A stretch of 63,942 bases of DNA, counting the filler, from Octopus bimaculoides (taxonomy: Eukaryota): assembly GCF_001194135.2 (NCBI RefSeq). It is 5 parts of 5 records of this genome, joined end to end, with 100 filler letters (N's around TTAATTAATTAA, not from the genome) between each part and the next. Parts side by side here need not be neighbours in the genome. Positions count along the whole stretch, not along the records: positions 29,717 to 52,060 come from NC_069003.1; positions 52,161 to 60,506 come from NC_068996.1; positions 60,607 to 62,842 come from NC_068991.1; 2 more parts are not named here. The stretch is one strand, 5' to 3'. The translations under genes were made by a program, and so were the position numbers. Positions 49,870 to 62,345 of this stretch are shown here, piece by piece. Each line of letters opens with the position of its first letter. Within the stretch, counting starts at the first letter, position 1. Under the pieces are notes generated by a model, which ran no database searches, had not been told where the DNA came from, and saw only the letters and a program-made list of their open reading frames with translations.

Positions 49870-50110
49870 TTTATGTTATTCGGGTTATTTTTATAAGGCT
49901 CCGAGTAAAGGTACTTAATTTTTTGCTTAAAGACTGCTTTTGCCATTGCAGTCTTATAGTGTTCCCTATAATTATTGAAAATATCTTCGTTGGACCAGAG
50001 ATACGAAATTCTTTTATTAATGCCCTGAATAAATCCTCTGTTTATAAAGTTTGAGTGATTGCTATGTGCATTAATATATTTGAAATTGGTATTAGGTTTA
50101 ATGTATGGTT
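49870..50110 (-). mobile_element. PLE RT thumb fragment, related to the 42270-43500 family
   Basis: KPYIKPNTNFKYINAHSNHSNFINRGFIQGINKRISYLWSNEDIFNNYREHYKTAM. Confidence 0.75.
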
Positions 50111-50143
50111 TGTGTTATCCTCAGGCCACCTGTATATGGCGTC

Positions 50144-50199
<56 letters not shown>

Positions 50200-51994
50200 C
50201 AAAATAAGCAACAAGGATATCTACAGTTAATGTAGTACGATCGTTTCATGCGACTCCATTTAATTGAGCAAAGTAAACATTACATCAAATATAAAATGTA
50301 GAGCAATTTTCAGCTGCACAAAGATATAAAAATTTAATGAAATTACATTTAAACAGAAGGACATATTTTTATAATTAAATCTTAACTCTTCAAGAAGAAA
50401 GGAAGAATGCGAAAAACCATTTTGACTTAGCCAGAGCATACAGGCTAGTAAATAATTCTAAGCAGATTTTTAACTGTCACTGATTTTATTTTCTAAAATT
50501 TTTTTTTTGTTCTGATTTATGGATTATCATATCAAACCTAGTGATTCAAAGCTTAAGAGGACACTNNNNNNNNNNNNNNNNNNNNNNNNNNNNNNNNNNN
50601 NNNNNNNNNNNNNNNNNNNNNNNNNNNNNNNNNNNNNNNNNNNNNNNNNNNNNNNNNNNNNNNNNNNNNNNNNNNNNNNNNNNNNNNNNNNNNNNNNNNN
50701 NNNNNNNNNNNNNNNNNNNNNNNNNNNNNNNNNNNNNNNNNNNNNNNNNNNNNNNNNNNNNNNNNNNNNNNNNNNNNNNNNNNNNNNNNNNNNNNNNNNN
50801 NNNNNNNNNNNNNNNNNNNNNNNNNNNNNNNNNNNNNNNNNNNNNNNNNNNNNNNNNNNNNNNNNNNNNNNNNNNNNNNNNNNNNNNNNNNNNNNNNNNN
50901 NNNNNNNNNNNNNNNNNNNNNNNNNNNNNNNNNNNNNNNNNAACAAGGACGGGTTATTCGGAGTTCTCTTTCCTCAGTCAAGTTCCAGATTATCTTTGCA
51001 ATTTTGTCTGTTTATTCTCGAGATTGCTCCAATTTGGCCAGCCCCACGGAAAAACTAAGCTAAGAGCATTAGATTCCTTGGAAGAAAGCAGCAAATGTAT
51101 ACGAAAACAGGGACGGAAAAAAAGCGGAGAATGTTACACAAATACAAATAACAGGACATAACAACAGCTGTCTTTCGGCTAAAAACGAATTAATTCAAGC
51201 TGGCGTGTATGGAAATAAAGCCTTACAGCAGGGAGATTTCACAGGCACAGGGGGGAATATAGATGTTGTATGGACGACTGCCGAACTAAGAAAGAAAGAT
51301 CAGGCTTGGCCAAACACCGCTTACGTGGGGAGAGGTAGAGGCAGAGGGACAGAAGAATTAAGGAGGGGCGAGAAAAAATGACAGGGACACACAGTGAAGT
51401 GAAATGAGGGGGGGAGTAAGCAAGAAGAGAAGCACGGAAATGTGAGAGAGGGGAAATGAAAGAACGAAGTGTGGAACGAACGAATAAGCATGAAAGGGCT
51501 GATAGAAAGAAAGAATATTGTAATAAGGTGAAAAGATATTTTAGTGTTATATCTAATATCTGACTTAGATACAAAGACAGAAATTTGTAAGGGAAACTGA
51601 GAAGTGTCCAATATTCGACTAATAACCTTATTTTATCACCCCAATAAATAGGGAAATGGTGAAGATGACCACAGCCGGATTCGAACTATGAGCTGTTTGT
51701 AAATACGGCCAGGATTTTCGGCTAAAGTTCTCGCAATTTTTTCTTCCAATTTGATATTCCTATGATTTGATGAGTTGTCTTTCTTTATTTGCATTAACTT
51801 TTTAATATACGATTGTTTTATATAATGTTGAGCATACATACTGATGCAAACATATGCGTATAATTTTGCATACTAAAATCAATAACACTATATAAAAAAA
51901 GTTACGAAACGTCTGTAATCACAAGGAAATCATATGGATAAATAAATCTATTTTTCCTGCTAGACCTTACGACTTTATGATATATATATATATG

Positions 51995-52060
<66 letters not shown>

Positions 52061-52159
52061 NNNNNNNNNNNNNNNNNNNNNNNNNNNNNNNNNNNNNNNN
52101 NNNNTTAATTAATTAANNNNNNNNNNNNNNNNNNNNNNNNNNNNNNNNNNNNNNNNNNN

Positions 52160-52357
52160 NGTGAAAGTATTTGACATGAGTGTTTTTGTTTCACTTTTGA
52201 CACGTAATACTTAAATAGTGGAGGAAATATTATGTTGCCGTGGGCTCGAACTCTGCAAGAAGTTAAAAATATTTTTAACTAAAACACAACTGGAACCCTA
52301 AGTAAGGCATGTGTAAAATTTGAATGAAATTGGTTGCGTAGTTCTCGAGTTTTAGGG

Positions 52358-52404
<47 letters not shown>

Positions 52405-52445
52405 GACAGACAGACAGACACACATTCTCATTTTTATATATATAG
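52160..52445 (+). mobile_element. Possible non-autonomous Helitron-like element 3' part
   Basis: AAATTTGAATGAAATTGGTTGCGTAG..(CA)n(CAGA)n..TTTTTATATATATAGAT layout resembles small rolling-circle elements; no Rep/helicase seen. Confidence 0.35.
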
Positions 52446-53237
52446 ATGTTGCTGATGCTATCTTAAATGTGATGCTGGCAGGAGTTCAGGTCTTTTTATG
52501 TTTCATTTATGTCCATTGTGAACATAAAACCTAGTGGTTAACGTAACCTCATTAATAGCACCTCAGTCTTCCGTTCTTTACCATATTTTCCAGTTTTTGT
52601 TCAACTGAGAGTTCTGTAGAGTACAGAATTTATCTATATCTTGTAGTTTGACTTGGATGATAACTTCGGACACAATCCTGACCAGTTTCCCGTCGTTGGG
52701 CAATACTCGCTCTTATTGTTATTGATGTTTCAAATACTTTTGTTATTATTTTTTTCTCAGTATTGTTTTTTCTTGTTGCTGGTAGGGCTGTATTGTTTAC
52801 TGTCATCATTGTTAGGCTTAATTTTGTCGTTATTCCAATGACATCGCTCTTCGTTTCAAGTGTAGCATCATGAACGCTAGAGGCTGGAAGGAAGAGAGAA
52901 TCAGAAGCCACCATCCCCCGCTCTCTCTTTTCTTTGCAATGTTTTTTTCTTATTCGTTCACTCTTGTTTTGCTATGTCGAACATTGTTACAAAATCATTC
53001 AACGCCTTCTATTTTTGCTTTCAGAGGAAATTAAGATTTCGTAGCTTTGAAAATATGAAAAGTTCGCCCAACAACAAGAGGAGAAAAAAAAAATCAAACA
53101 GACAGGTTCCCAAGGATGGTAAACAAAATCTTACAGAGCCGAAAACCAGTTTTGCTTCTCCTACGCAATTAATAATAATGATGAGGAAGATGATGATAAT
53201 TAAATGATAATGATAACAACAACAACAACAAAAAATC

Positions 53238-53425
<188 letters not shown>

Positions 53426-53504
53426 TAATAATAATAATAATAACTAGGTGGACCTGTGAAAAATTCACGGAAAATATAAAAAAATGTAAGCATTTGTAAA
53501 CAGT

Positions 53505-53690
53505 GTACTGGTGCCATGAGAAATGTTTGTATATTATGACCGTCTGTCTTTACGTTCTGAGTTCAAATTCGGTCGAGGTCGACTTTGTCTTTCGTCCTTT
53601 CGGGGTCGATAAATTAAGTACTAGTTGTGTACTGGAGTCGATCTAATCAACTGGCCCTCCTCCCCACAAAAATTTCAGGCCTAGAAAAGT
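53505..53690 (+). mobile_element. SINE family C
   Basis: TACGTTCTGAGTTCAAATTCGGTCGAGGTCGACTTTG...GATAAATTAAGTAC. Confidence 0.8.
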
Positions 53691-54572
53691 ATATTGTGAC
53701 AGTTACAGAATATAGAAAGTAATGTAATACCAATGACTATATAATCCAACCAAAATATCTCAGTTACACAAACGTAAACAGAATTATTATTTAAGCTTAG
53801 AATATATCTTACATGTACAAAGAACATTAATGTACACATTGAAATGCAAAAGAACGAAATAATAAATGGATTTATGAATGAAAGTTTGGTAATTACGTTT
53901 ATTTTCACCACGCGACACTTATTATTGCAAACATGTTTTAATTAACCTAAACTATACACACACAGATACATTCATATATATAAATGTCTCGAGTTGTAGC
54001 TGTAATTCGAAGGGGCCAGCCTTGTCATATTATGTGTGAGGCTGAACCTCCCTGAGAACTACGTTAATGTTATGCATGTCTGTGGAGTACTCAGCCATTT
54101 GTAAGTTAATTTTATCCTCATGTGGTAATGAAAAGTGAAATTGACGTCCAATATTTGCTGTGTCTATGTATCTATATATGAACTTTTCTTTGGATTTATG
54201 TATCTGTTGTCTCTCTTCCTCTCTTTCTCTCTTTCTCTCTTTCTCTTTCACTTCCTTTGTTTTCCTTTTCTCTCCCGCTTTTGATTTGACAATATGTATA
54301 TGTATCTATGTATTTACTTCTCTTGCGATGTGATAAAGATTTAAAAACACAAAACGAACGCCGTCACCACTCACTGTCTCTTTCACTCTTTCTCTCACTC
54401 TCACTTTCTCTCTCACTCTCTCTCTCTTACTTTATTACTTCCTGTCTGTCCTCCTCTTTCTCTCTCTCTCGCTTTGCCACTTCTTTGAAGTAAGTGTGAC
54501 ACACACATCAGGTACGTACAAAAATAAAAAGTTAGCATATTAATATTATTGATAATGATGATAATAATAATT

Positions 54573-54787
54573 ATAGACTTGTGGCTGAAAGAGATTGAAA
54601 TAGAGCGCTTGTTAGAACTCCTACAGAAAGTTGATCTCTTAGAGACGGCAAAGATTATCAGGAGTGTTCTAAGCACTTGAAAGATGCTGATGAAAAGTTG
54701 TGGATATCTAAAGATGAAATTATGTGGACAGCGGGTAGTAATCTGCTGTCTACATAATTTTTTACCAAAAATAAGACCAAACCAACA
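54573..54787 (+). mobile_element. R4/Dong-like RLE LINE 3' end inside an (AAT)n array
   Basis: DLWLKEIEIERLLELLQKVDLLETAKIIRSVLST* then about 105 nt of UTR, then (AAT)n. Confidence 0.7.
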
Positions 54788-54816
54788 TAATAATAATAAT
54801 AATGATAATAATAATG

Positions 54817-54910
<94 letters not shown>

Positions 54911-54917
54911 TAATAAT

Positions 54918-55860
54918 GATTTCATTTATTTGCCCCAAGGGCGAAGGATGAGGGATACAATACAAAGATATAAAGTGTGGGGGTTTACATATAATGAAAT
55001 GATAAAAAAAAGTAAGTATACACGGTATACACTGAAAAAGAAGGGACATATTCATAGTATACAAAGTTAAAAAAAATTTGGGGGAGGATGGTAGAGATGT
55101 GGCCCTCCTGATATGGATAATCGAGGAACTCCACTGTTCAAGATTTACCTGAACGCTAAGAACAAATGCCCTCTAATTAATTCTCTCCGATTTACAGGTC
55201 TACACTGAGAGAGGTATCATCCCCTCTTGCCATTTTCACGACTTTCACCCTGCTTTCGATAAATTCACTTGAGGACAGCACTTCCCTCTTCACTCTCAAT
55301 TTCCTTTACAAGTGAAACTTGAAGAAGTCAGTGAGAGCTCTACCAAAGAGGAATGTATCTGTTCTCATGCCTTTCAGCCTTGTCCAGCTACCAGGCAAAT
55401 GAAAGCTGCCGTGCCTGCCCGATTGAAGGAGGGCGGCAGTGCGATCATCACTACATACTCGGCAGACAGACGGATCCGTCCCACACATGAAGTCAGCAAT
55501 GCCCGGACACTGAACGAGGGTGTACAGAACGGTTTCGTCACTATGTGCGCACCTAGGACAAGCCCGTCTGACAGCACATCCGTGCATGTAGAGTTTATCT
55601 CGAAACGGTAGAACCCCCCGGTAGCACTGTCAGGCCAAGGACATCTGGAAATTATCCATGATAGTTCCCAACCAGAAAGTCCTCCGGAACAGACTAGCCA
55701 GTTCGTTCTCATCGGCGCCCAGAGTTTCCCCGAGAACGTCGTCGTACTTCTCCACCACTAATCCTCTATAAATTTCTAAAGGGGTACATCCCATTACCCG
55801 ACTGGTAGACGGCTGTGAGTGCCTGTGAGATAGTGGATTACATAATCTCTGGGTGCAAAG
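54918..55860 (-). mobile_element. L1/Tx1-like LINE 3' end (zinc-binding C-terminus, UTR, AATAAA) ending in (ATT)n
   Basis: LEIYRGLVVEKYDDVLGE..A*QCYRGVLPFRDKLYMHGCAVRRACPRCAHSDETVLYTLVQCP..FFKFHL*RKLRVKR; AATAAA on the minus strand at 54925-54930. Confidence 0.8.
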
Positions 55861-55879
55861 TTTTAACACTTGTAAAATA

Positions 55880-56332
55880 TAATTCAAATCACAACAGAGC
55901 TGGCCAATATCTACACTGGTTGATATGTCGGTATCATAAAACAAAACTCTTGACAAATGATATAAGTACCACCCCGAGGCTGTAACTGAGGGAGAAAATG
56001 TAACGATTCTTTGGGGCTTTCCAGTATATATATAGAGCCATCAAAGCTAGTAAACCAGATATTGTTGTGAAAGACCAGAACAGTAAAGTCTGTTTATTGA
56101 TTGATATAAGCATTTCTTATGATCTTGATATCTCAACAAAACAAAATATAAAGATTTGGTCATTGAAATTGAAAAATGTGGTGTGGCTGTGTTGTAAGAA
56201 GCTTGCTTCCAAACCACATGGTTCCGGGTTCAGTCGCTGCATGACATTTTGGGCAGGTGTTTTCTACTATAGCTTCGGGCCGATCAGAGCCTTGTGAATG
56301 GATTTGGTAGACGGAAACTGAAAGCCCGTCGC

Positions 56333-56392
<60 letters not shown>

Positions 56393-56784
56393 ATGTGTGT
56401 ATGCATATGTTTGTCCCACAACCATTACTTGACAACCGATATTGGTGTGTTTACGTGCCCGTAACTTAACGGTTCGGCAAAAGAGTTTCGATAGAATAAG
56501 TACGAGGCTTACATTGAATAAGTGCTGGGGTCGATTTGTTCGACTAAAAGAGGTGCTCCAGCAAAGCCACAGTTAAATGACTGAAAGAAAGAAACAAACA
56601 GATAAAAGAATATAGGAATCTCAAGACGATTACCATACCAGTGAATGTAGGAGCACTTGCAATAATCCCAAAAGGTACTGAAAATCATTTGAGGATGATC
56701 CCTGGATTATCATCCATACAACGAGTGCAAACGATCGTTTTAACTGGTGTGTCGCACGTATTGAGAAGAGTATTGTTGCTGTGA
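55880..56784 (+). mobile_element. R4/Dong-like RLE domain fragment split by a family A SINE (56180-56612)
   Basis: YHPEAVTEGENVTILWGFPV..KASKPDIVVKDQNSKVCLLIDISI..KDLVIEIEKMW [SINE] NLKTITIPVNVGALAIIPKGTENHL..VQTIVLTGVSHVLRRVL*. Confidence 0.85.
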
Positions 56785-57145
56785 ATTTTCTTTCCTTTCC
56801 CACTCTCTTTCTTTGTTTTCTTTTTTTTTCATTGTTTTCTATTTAAAAAATTGTTTTTCTTTTCTTTCTTCCTTTTCCCCCTTTTTTTCTATCACATAAC
56901 TATGTAAATGCGCAATCTGGTGTTTTTTTTTTGTTTTTCTGTTTTTCTGTTTTTTTTTTTTTGTAATGGCTTATCAACGTATACAATGAGTTTCTTTGCC
57001 CTATGTGTCACGAAGACACTCGGCAAGAAATGGAAACAGAATTAAGAGAAGAAAAAACAACATAATAATAATGATGATGATGATGATGATGATACTACTA
57101 CTACTACTCCTACACTTACTACTGCTGCTACTACTACTACTACAC

Positions 57146-57205
<60 letters not shown>

Positions 57206-57282
57206 ATAATAATAATAATAATAATAATAATGATAATAATAATAATAATAATAAGAATAATAATAATAATGANNNNNNNNNN

Positions 57283-57395
<113 letters not shown>

Positions 57396-58447
57396 AAGAA
57401 GAAGAAGAAGAAAGAAAGAAAGAAGAAAACAAAATTCCAATTAGAAACTTATATAGGAGGAGAAAACGAAGAACATAAAGAAAATGGGAAATTAAAGAAA
57501 TAACATAAAATTTAACAAGGCGATGTGTNNNNNNNNNNNNNNNNNNNNNNNNNNNNNNNNNNNNNNNNNNNNNNNNNNNNNNNNNNNNNNNNNNNNNNNN
57601 NNNNNNNNNNNNNNNNNNNNNNNNNNNNNNNNNNNNNNNNNNNNNNNNNNNNNNNNNNNNNNNNNNNNNNNNNNNNNNNNNNNNNNNNNNNNNNNNNNNN
57701 NNNNNNNNNNNNNNNNNNNNNNNNNNNNNNNNNNNNNNNNNNNNNNNNNNNNNNNNNNNNNNNNNNNNNNNNNNNNNNNNNNNNNNNNNNNNNNNNNNNN
57801 NNNNNNNNNNNNNNNNNNNNNNNNNNNAGAGAGAGAGAGAGAGAGAGAGAGAATCAGTATTTGAAATGTCATGTTCACATACGTTATCGCTATTTCAGGC
57901 CACAATTTCCTTAACAAGCTATTTTTCTATTTAATATTTATTGTATTTTTTTTTCATTTTCCCTTTTTCTTTGTTTTTATCATTTATTCTGAAAACTTTA
58001 AACTTGCTGAAAGACAAACGAAAATAAATTGAAGTAACCGAAGGAAAAAGAAAAAAGAAGCCAAAAAAAACCCCCACCCTGCTGTTCAGTTGAGTAACCA
58101 TAATAAATTGGAATTGGAAGAGAAGCTTCAAATACGGTATTTCTCAAGTGGAAAGGTTTAAAGAAGATTTATATGGTATAAATGATCAGATATGTGATTA
58201 TACAGACAATATTGCGATTCGGTACTATGTAAGTGAGGAACACAGCGAGTGTTATTTCAATCAGTTAGAAACAGTTTAAATGCCAACAGTTTCAAGTACA
58301 CGCGTACGCACACACACTCGGGGGACACACACGCGCTCGCGCGCACACACACACGTCCTAACGCACACATAAATCCACTCATATATACATACAAACATGC
58401 ATGCATATAAACAAACATGCATATATTTCTATACATACATACATACA

Positions 58448-58483
<36 letters not shown>

Positions 58484-58536
58484 TATAATATCTATATATA
58501 GATGAACACTCACATATCTCGCTCTCTCTCTCTCTT

Positions 58537-58579
<43 letters not shown>

Positions 58580-58765
58580 AAACGAAAATAGCCAGTGAGA
58601 TCCGTAAAGGTAGAGATCCAATAGTAATCCGGGTGGAGAGCTGGTATGTGGATGAGGAGAGGTGCTAAAAGGTCTAAAAGTGGTTATGATATGCAAGTCC
58701 AAGAGAGTGAGAAGTTCAGTCAGGATCAAACTGGGGTAACCAAGTGAGTGTATAACATATAGCTC

Positions 58766-59770
58766 AAATTTATAGAAAAACAAAAGACGAAGACAGGTGT
58801 AGGAACAACAAGTAAGTGTATTAGTTTGACGCACGGAAAAAATAGAAAAGTCTTTTATGTTTCGAGCCTACACTCTTCGACAGAAATGGATAAAAGGAAA
58901 TTAATGGAGAGACAATGAAAGAAAAAAAAAAATAGTGTTGAATTCAATGGTCCAACATGGCGAATGATTGCAAAAAAAAAAAGAGTTTAAATGAAAGGGA
59001 GATAATAATAAAAAGAGGTTGAATGAAGGTGAAATAATTCATGGTGATCCCAACAAGAGGAAGTGAGCAAACGTGTGTGTATGTGAGCATGGCGTGTGAG
59101 TGTGTGTATATGCATGAATAGGGGAAAGTGAGTTTGACGCGTGTGTAATAGTGTGCGGAGTGAGTGATGAGTTGAACAGTGTGTATGGGTGTGTATAGTG
59201 GTAAGTGTGGGTGAGGGTACCGAGGTGGAAGGTATGCAGGAGTGTCGGTGGGGGTTTGGGAGGTGAGTGGGAATCTGTGTTGGACTGGTGTCAAATGAAG
59301 AGAGGAGGTGAGTTGAGCCATGTGGCTCAAAGAAGGAGATTAATTCCTGTTCACGGCGAAGGTGGGCGTCCGGGTGGCCCCTGTGCAGAGATAGTCCGAA
59401 CACAGATAGATGTTGTAGCGAATGACCGGTAGAACGAAATGGCGCGAGATTGGTGTGTCATTGCCGTGTCTGATGTCCCTGTGCTCTGCGAACCGGTCAG
59501 ACAAGCGGCGTCTTGTTTGACCAATGTGCAAGGACGGACAGAGAGAGCTGGAGATGCAGTAAATGACATTACTAAAGGTACAAGTAAAGGAATTGGTAAC
59601 ATGATAGGGACGGTGATGGGTGCCTGTGAGGATGGTGGTGTTGGATAGGTAGGGACAGGTGCGACAGTGTGGGCGAAAGCTGGGGAAGGAGCCAGGCTGG
59701 GAAGCGGAGGTAGGGAAGAAACTGCGGACCAGGAAGTCACGCAGGTTATGGGCTCGTTTGAAGGAGAGAA
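58766..59770 (-). mobile_element. Second copy of the Neptune-like PLE GIY-YIG plus 3' region
   Basis: LLSFKRAHNLRDFLVRS..HIGQTRRRLSDRFAEH.RDIRHGNDTPISRHF..FGLSLHRGHPDAHLRREQELI; same layout as 31691-32927. Confidence 0.88.
58851..58888 (-). ncRNA. Minimal hammerhead ribozyme, A6U variant (stem III altered by probable CpG decay)
   Basis: CATTT-CTGTCGA-A-GAGT-GTAG-GCTC-GAAAC-ATA-AAAGA. Confidence 0.55.
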
Positions 59771-59779
59771 GGGGTAAGT

Positions 59780-60480
59780 TAGAAAAATGTACGGGGCGGA
59801 AGGATGGAATAAGTACTAAGCTTACAAAGAATAGATCCTGGGATCGATTTATTCGACTAAAAGCGGTGCCTCGTCATAAGGGCGCATGGTTCTGGGTTCA
59901 GTCCCACTGAGTGACACTTTGGGTAAGCGTCTTCTATTATAGCCTCGGGCTGACCAAAGCCTTGTGAGTGGATTGGATTTAGTAGACGGAAACTGAAAGA
60001 AGCCTGTCAAATATATATATGTGTGTGTGTGTGTGTGTATGTGTGTGTGTGTATTTATGTATATGTCTGAGTTTCCCCCCACCATCGCTTATTAACCGAT
60101 ATTCGTGTGTTTATGTCGCTATAACATAGCGTTTCAGCAAAAGAGATCCGATAAAAATTAGTACTAGGCTTACAAAGACTACGTCCTGGGGCTAAATTAA
60201 TCGGTTGTTCGGCTAAAGGTGTTGCTCCAGCATGGCCGCAGTCAAATGACTGAAACAAGTAAAAGGATAAAAGGAGTAAAATAATACACACACACACACA
60301 TACATACATACATACATAGGTGCAGGAGTGACTGCGTGGCAAGTTTTCTTACCAGTCACGTGGTTCTGTGACCAGTCCTATTGCTTGGCACCTTGAACAA
60401 GTGTATTCTACTATAATCTCGCACCGACCAAAGCCTTGTGAACGGATTTCGGAGAGGGAAACTGAAAAGCAGCCCGTCGT
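59780..60480 (+). mobile_element. Three stacked SINE family A segments (tail 59780-59870; body 59880-60280; 5' half 60315-60480)
   Basis: Family A sequence repeated head to tail. Confidence 0.85.
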
Positions 60481-60606
60481 ATCTCTCTCTCTCTCTCTCT
60501 CTCTCTNNNNNNNNNNNNNNNNNNNNNNNNNNNNNNNNNNNNNNNNNNNNTTAATTAATTAANNNNNNNNNNNNNNNNNNNNNNNNNNNNNNNNNNNNNN
60601 NNNNNN

Positions 60607-60643
<37 letters not shown>

Positions 60644-60647
<4 letters not shown>

Positions 60648-61800
60648 GTGGGTGAAAAGTAAGTGGGCACTAAAAATTGATAATAAAATCCATATTCCTT
60701 TTACAAATTTATTGAAACAAATGATACATGTTCTTTATTACATTGGAAAATTAGAGTCAATCTTCATCAGCGATGGAATGAACAGCCTGAAGAACGTTGT
60801 CTGGGATATCATTGAGAACTTCCTGAATCCGTGTCTCCAAGTCCTCCAGTATGCGAGATTTTGTCTTGTACACCTCCTCTCTTGTGTAACCCCACAGGTA
60901 AAAATTACTTGGAGTGAGATCTGGATTTATTAGAGGCCATTTACGAGGTCCGCATCGTCCCTTCCAACGTCCTAGAAAATGTTGGTCTAACCACGCATGC
61001 ACATTAAGAGCAAAATAAGGTGGTGCACCACCCTGCATGAATATCAGGTCACCAATGTTATCCCAGCCAGACACCATGGACCAAACGTAATTTTCAAGCA
61101 CCTGAAGATAGCGGTCTGTATTCATGGTGTCACGCAGAAGATATGGGCCGACGATTCTTGTTGTCATCATTCCGCACCACACGGTCACTTTTCGCCAAGC
61201 TTGCATCCTCTCAACCGTCATGTTCGGATCATTATCACACGACGCCCAGTGATGGCAGTTGTGAAGATTTATGAAACCACCAACATGGAATACAGACTCG
61301 TCACTCTTGAGGATGTTTTCAAACTATTCAGGCCAATCTTCATGCCAGCCTTGCGCTAACTATCAATATTCCATACTGCGGTCACAGTTTTCAGGCTTTA
61401 GTTCCTGCACACAATGGCGTTTCCACAGACGAAAATTCAATTTTTTATGCAACACTACGTATTGCGTGTCTTGTTAGTCGACTTCCACGAATTGCTTGAC
61501 GTGTTGATTTTTGAGGGCTGTGATGAAACATTTCCTGCATTATTGCCACGTATTCCGTTGGACGGCCACTTCTTACATCTTTCAAAGAGTCTCAGGTCAT
61601 CTGCTTTACATGACAACTTTTTATTGACTTCGGACACTGCGTCGCATGCTTACCTTTCCATGCACGCCACCATCTGTGAACCAAAACAATAGAATTCCAC
61701 ACCTCATAGCGAGCTGTTATCTTAGCTCGCTCCTGAACCGTCAAGCAACTGACCATCTGGAAAATAAGAAAAGAGAAATAAGAAAATAGGAAATCCACAT
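60644..61800 (-). mobile_element. Degenerate IS630-Tc1-mariner transposon of DD41D (rosa/VS) type
   Basis: N-terminal LTVQERAKITARYEVWNSIVLVHRWW; catalytic IFMQ(D>G)GAPP..WKGRCGPRKWPLINPDLTPS(D>N)FYLWGY with 41 residues between the second and third acidic positions; one terminus CAGGGTG at 60644. Confidence 0.8.
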
Positions 61801-62001
61801 TAGTGTTTTGTGCTTAAAAAATGCTTTCATCATGACTTCATACATACATACATACATACATACATACATACATACATACATACATACATACATACGTACG
61901 TACGTACATACATACATACATACATACATATACATACATACATACTTATATACATATGCATACATACATACATACATACATTCATATATATACATACATA
62001 C

Positions 62002-62116
<115 letters not shown>

Positions 62117-62149
62117 AATATGCTGTGAAAATGTGATACGCCACTCTAA

Positions 62150-62345
62150 TGGATAAAACCGCAAATATTAAATAGCGGCGTTTCGTCCTTCCTTACGTTC
62201 TGAGTTCACATTTCGCCGAGGTCGACTTTGCCTTTCATCCCTTCGAGGTTCGATGAAATAAGTACCAGTTATTCACTGGTGTCGATGTAAGCGACTAGTT
62301 TCCTCCCTAGAATATTCCACGCCTTGTACCTGTAGTAGAAAGAAT
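62150..62345 (+). mobile_element. SINE family C
   Basis: CGTTCTGAGTTCACATTTCGCCGAGGTCGACTTTGCCTTTCATCCCTTCGAGG...GCCTTGTACCTGTAGTAGAAAG. Confidence 0.8.

Noticed and set aside
50225-50300. Minus-strand GAAAC-GATC-GTA-CTACA resembling hammerhead stem III
   Set aside because: No CUGANGA-like box at a suitable distance; at best a heavily decayed motif.
37393-50981. Long ORFs of 140-490 aa dominated by X
   Set aside because: Artefacts of translating N gaps and microsatellites.
51150-51210. Minus-strand CAGC-TTGAAT...GCCGAAAGACA-GCTG hammerhead-like arrangement
   Set aside because: The core and stem II do not fit without several substitutions.
53023-53114. Possible exon after a TTTTGCTTTCAG acceptor (RKLRFRSFENMKSSPNNKRRKKK)
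   Set aside because: Wrong phase to follow the SCYL2-like exon, weak donor, and no recognisable homology.
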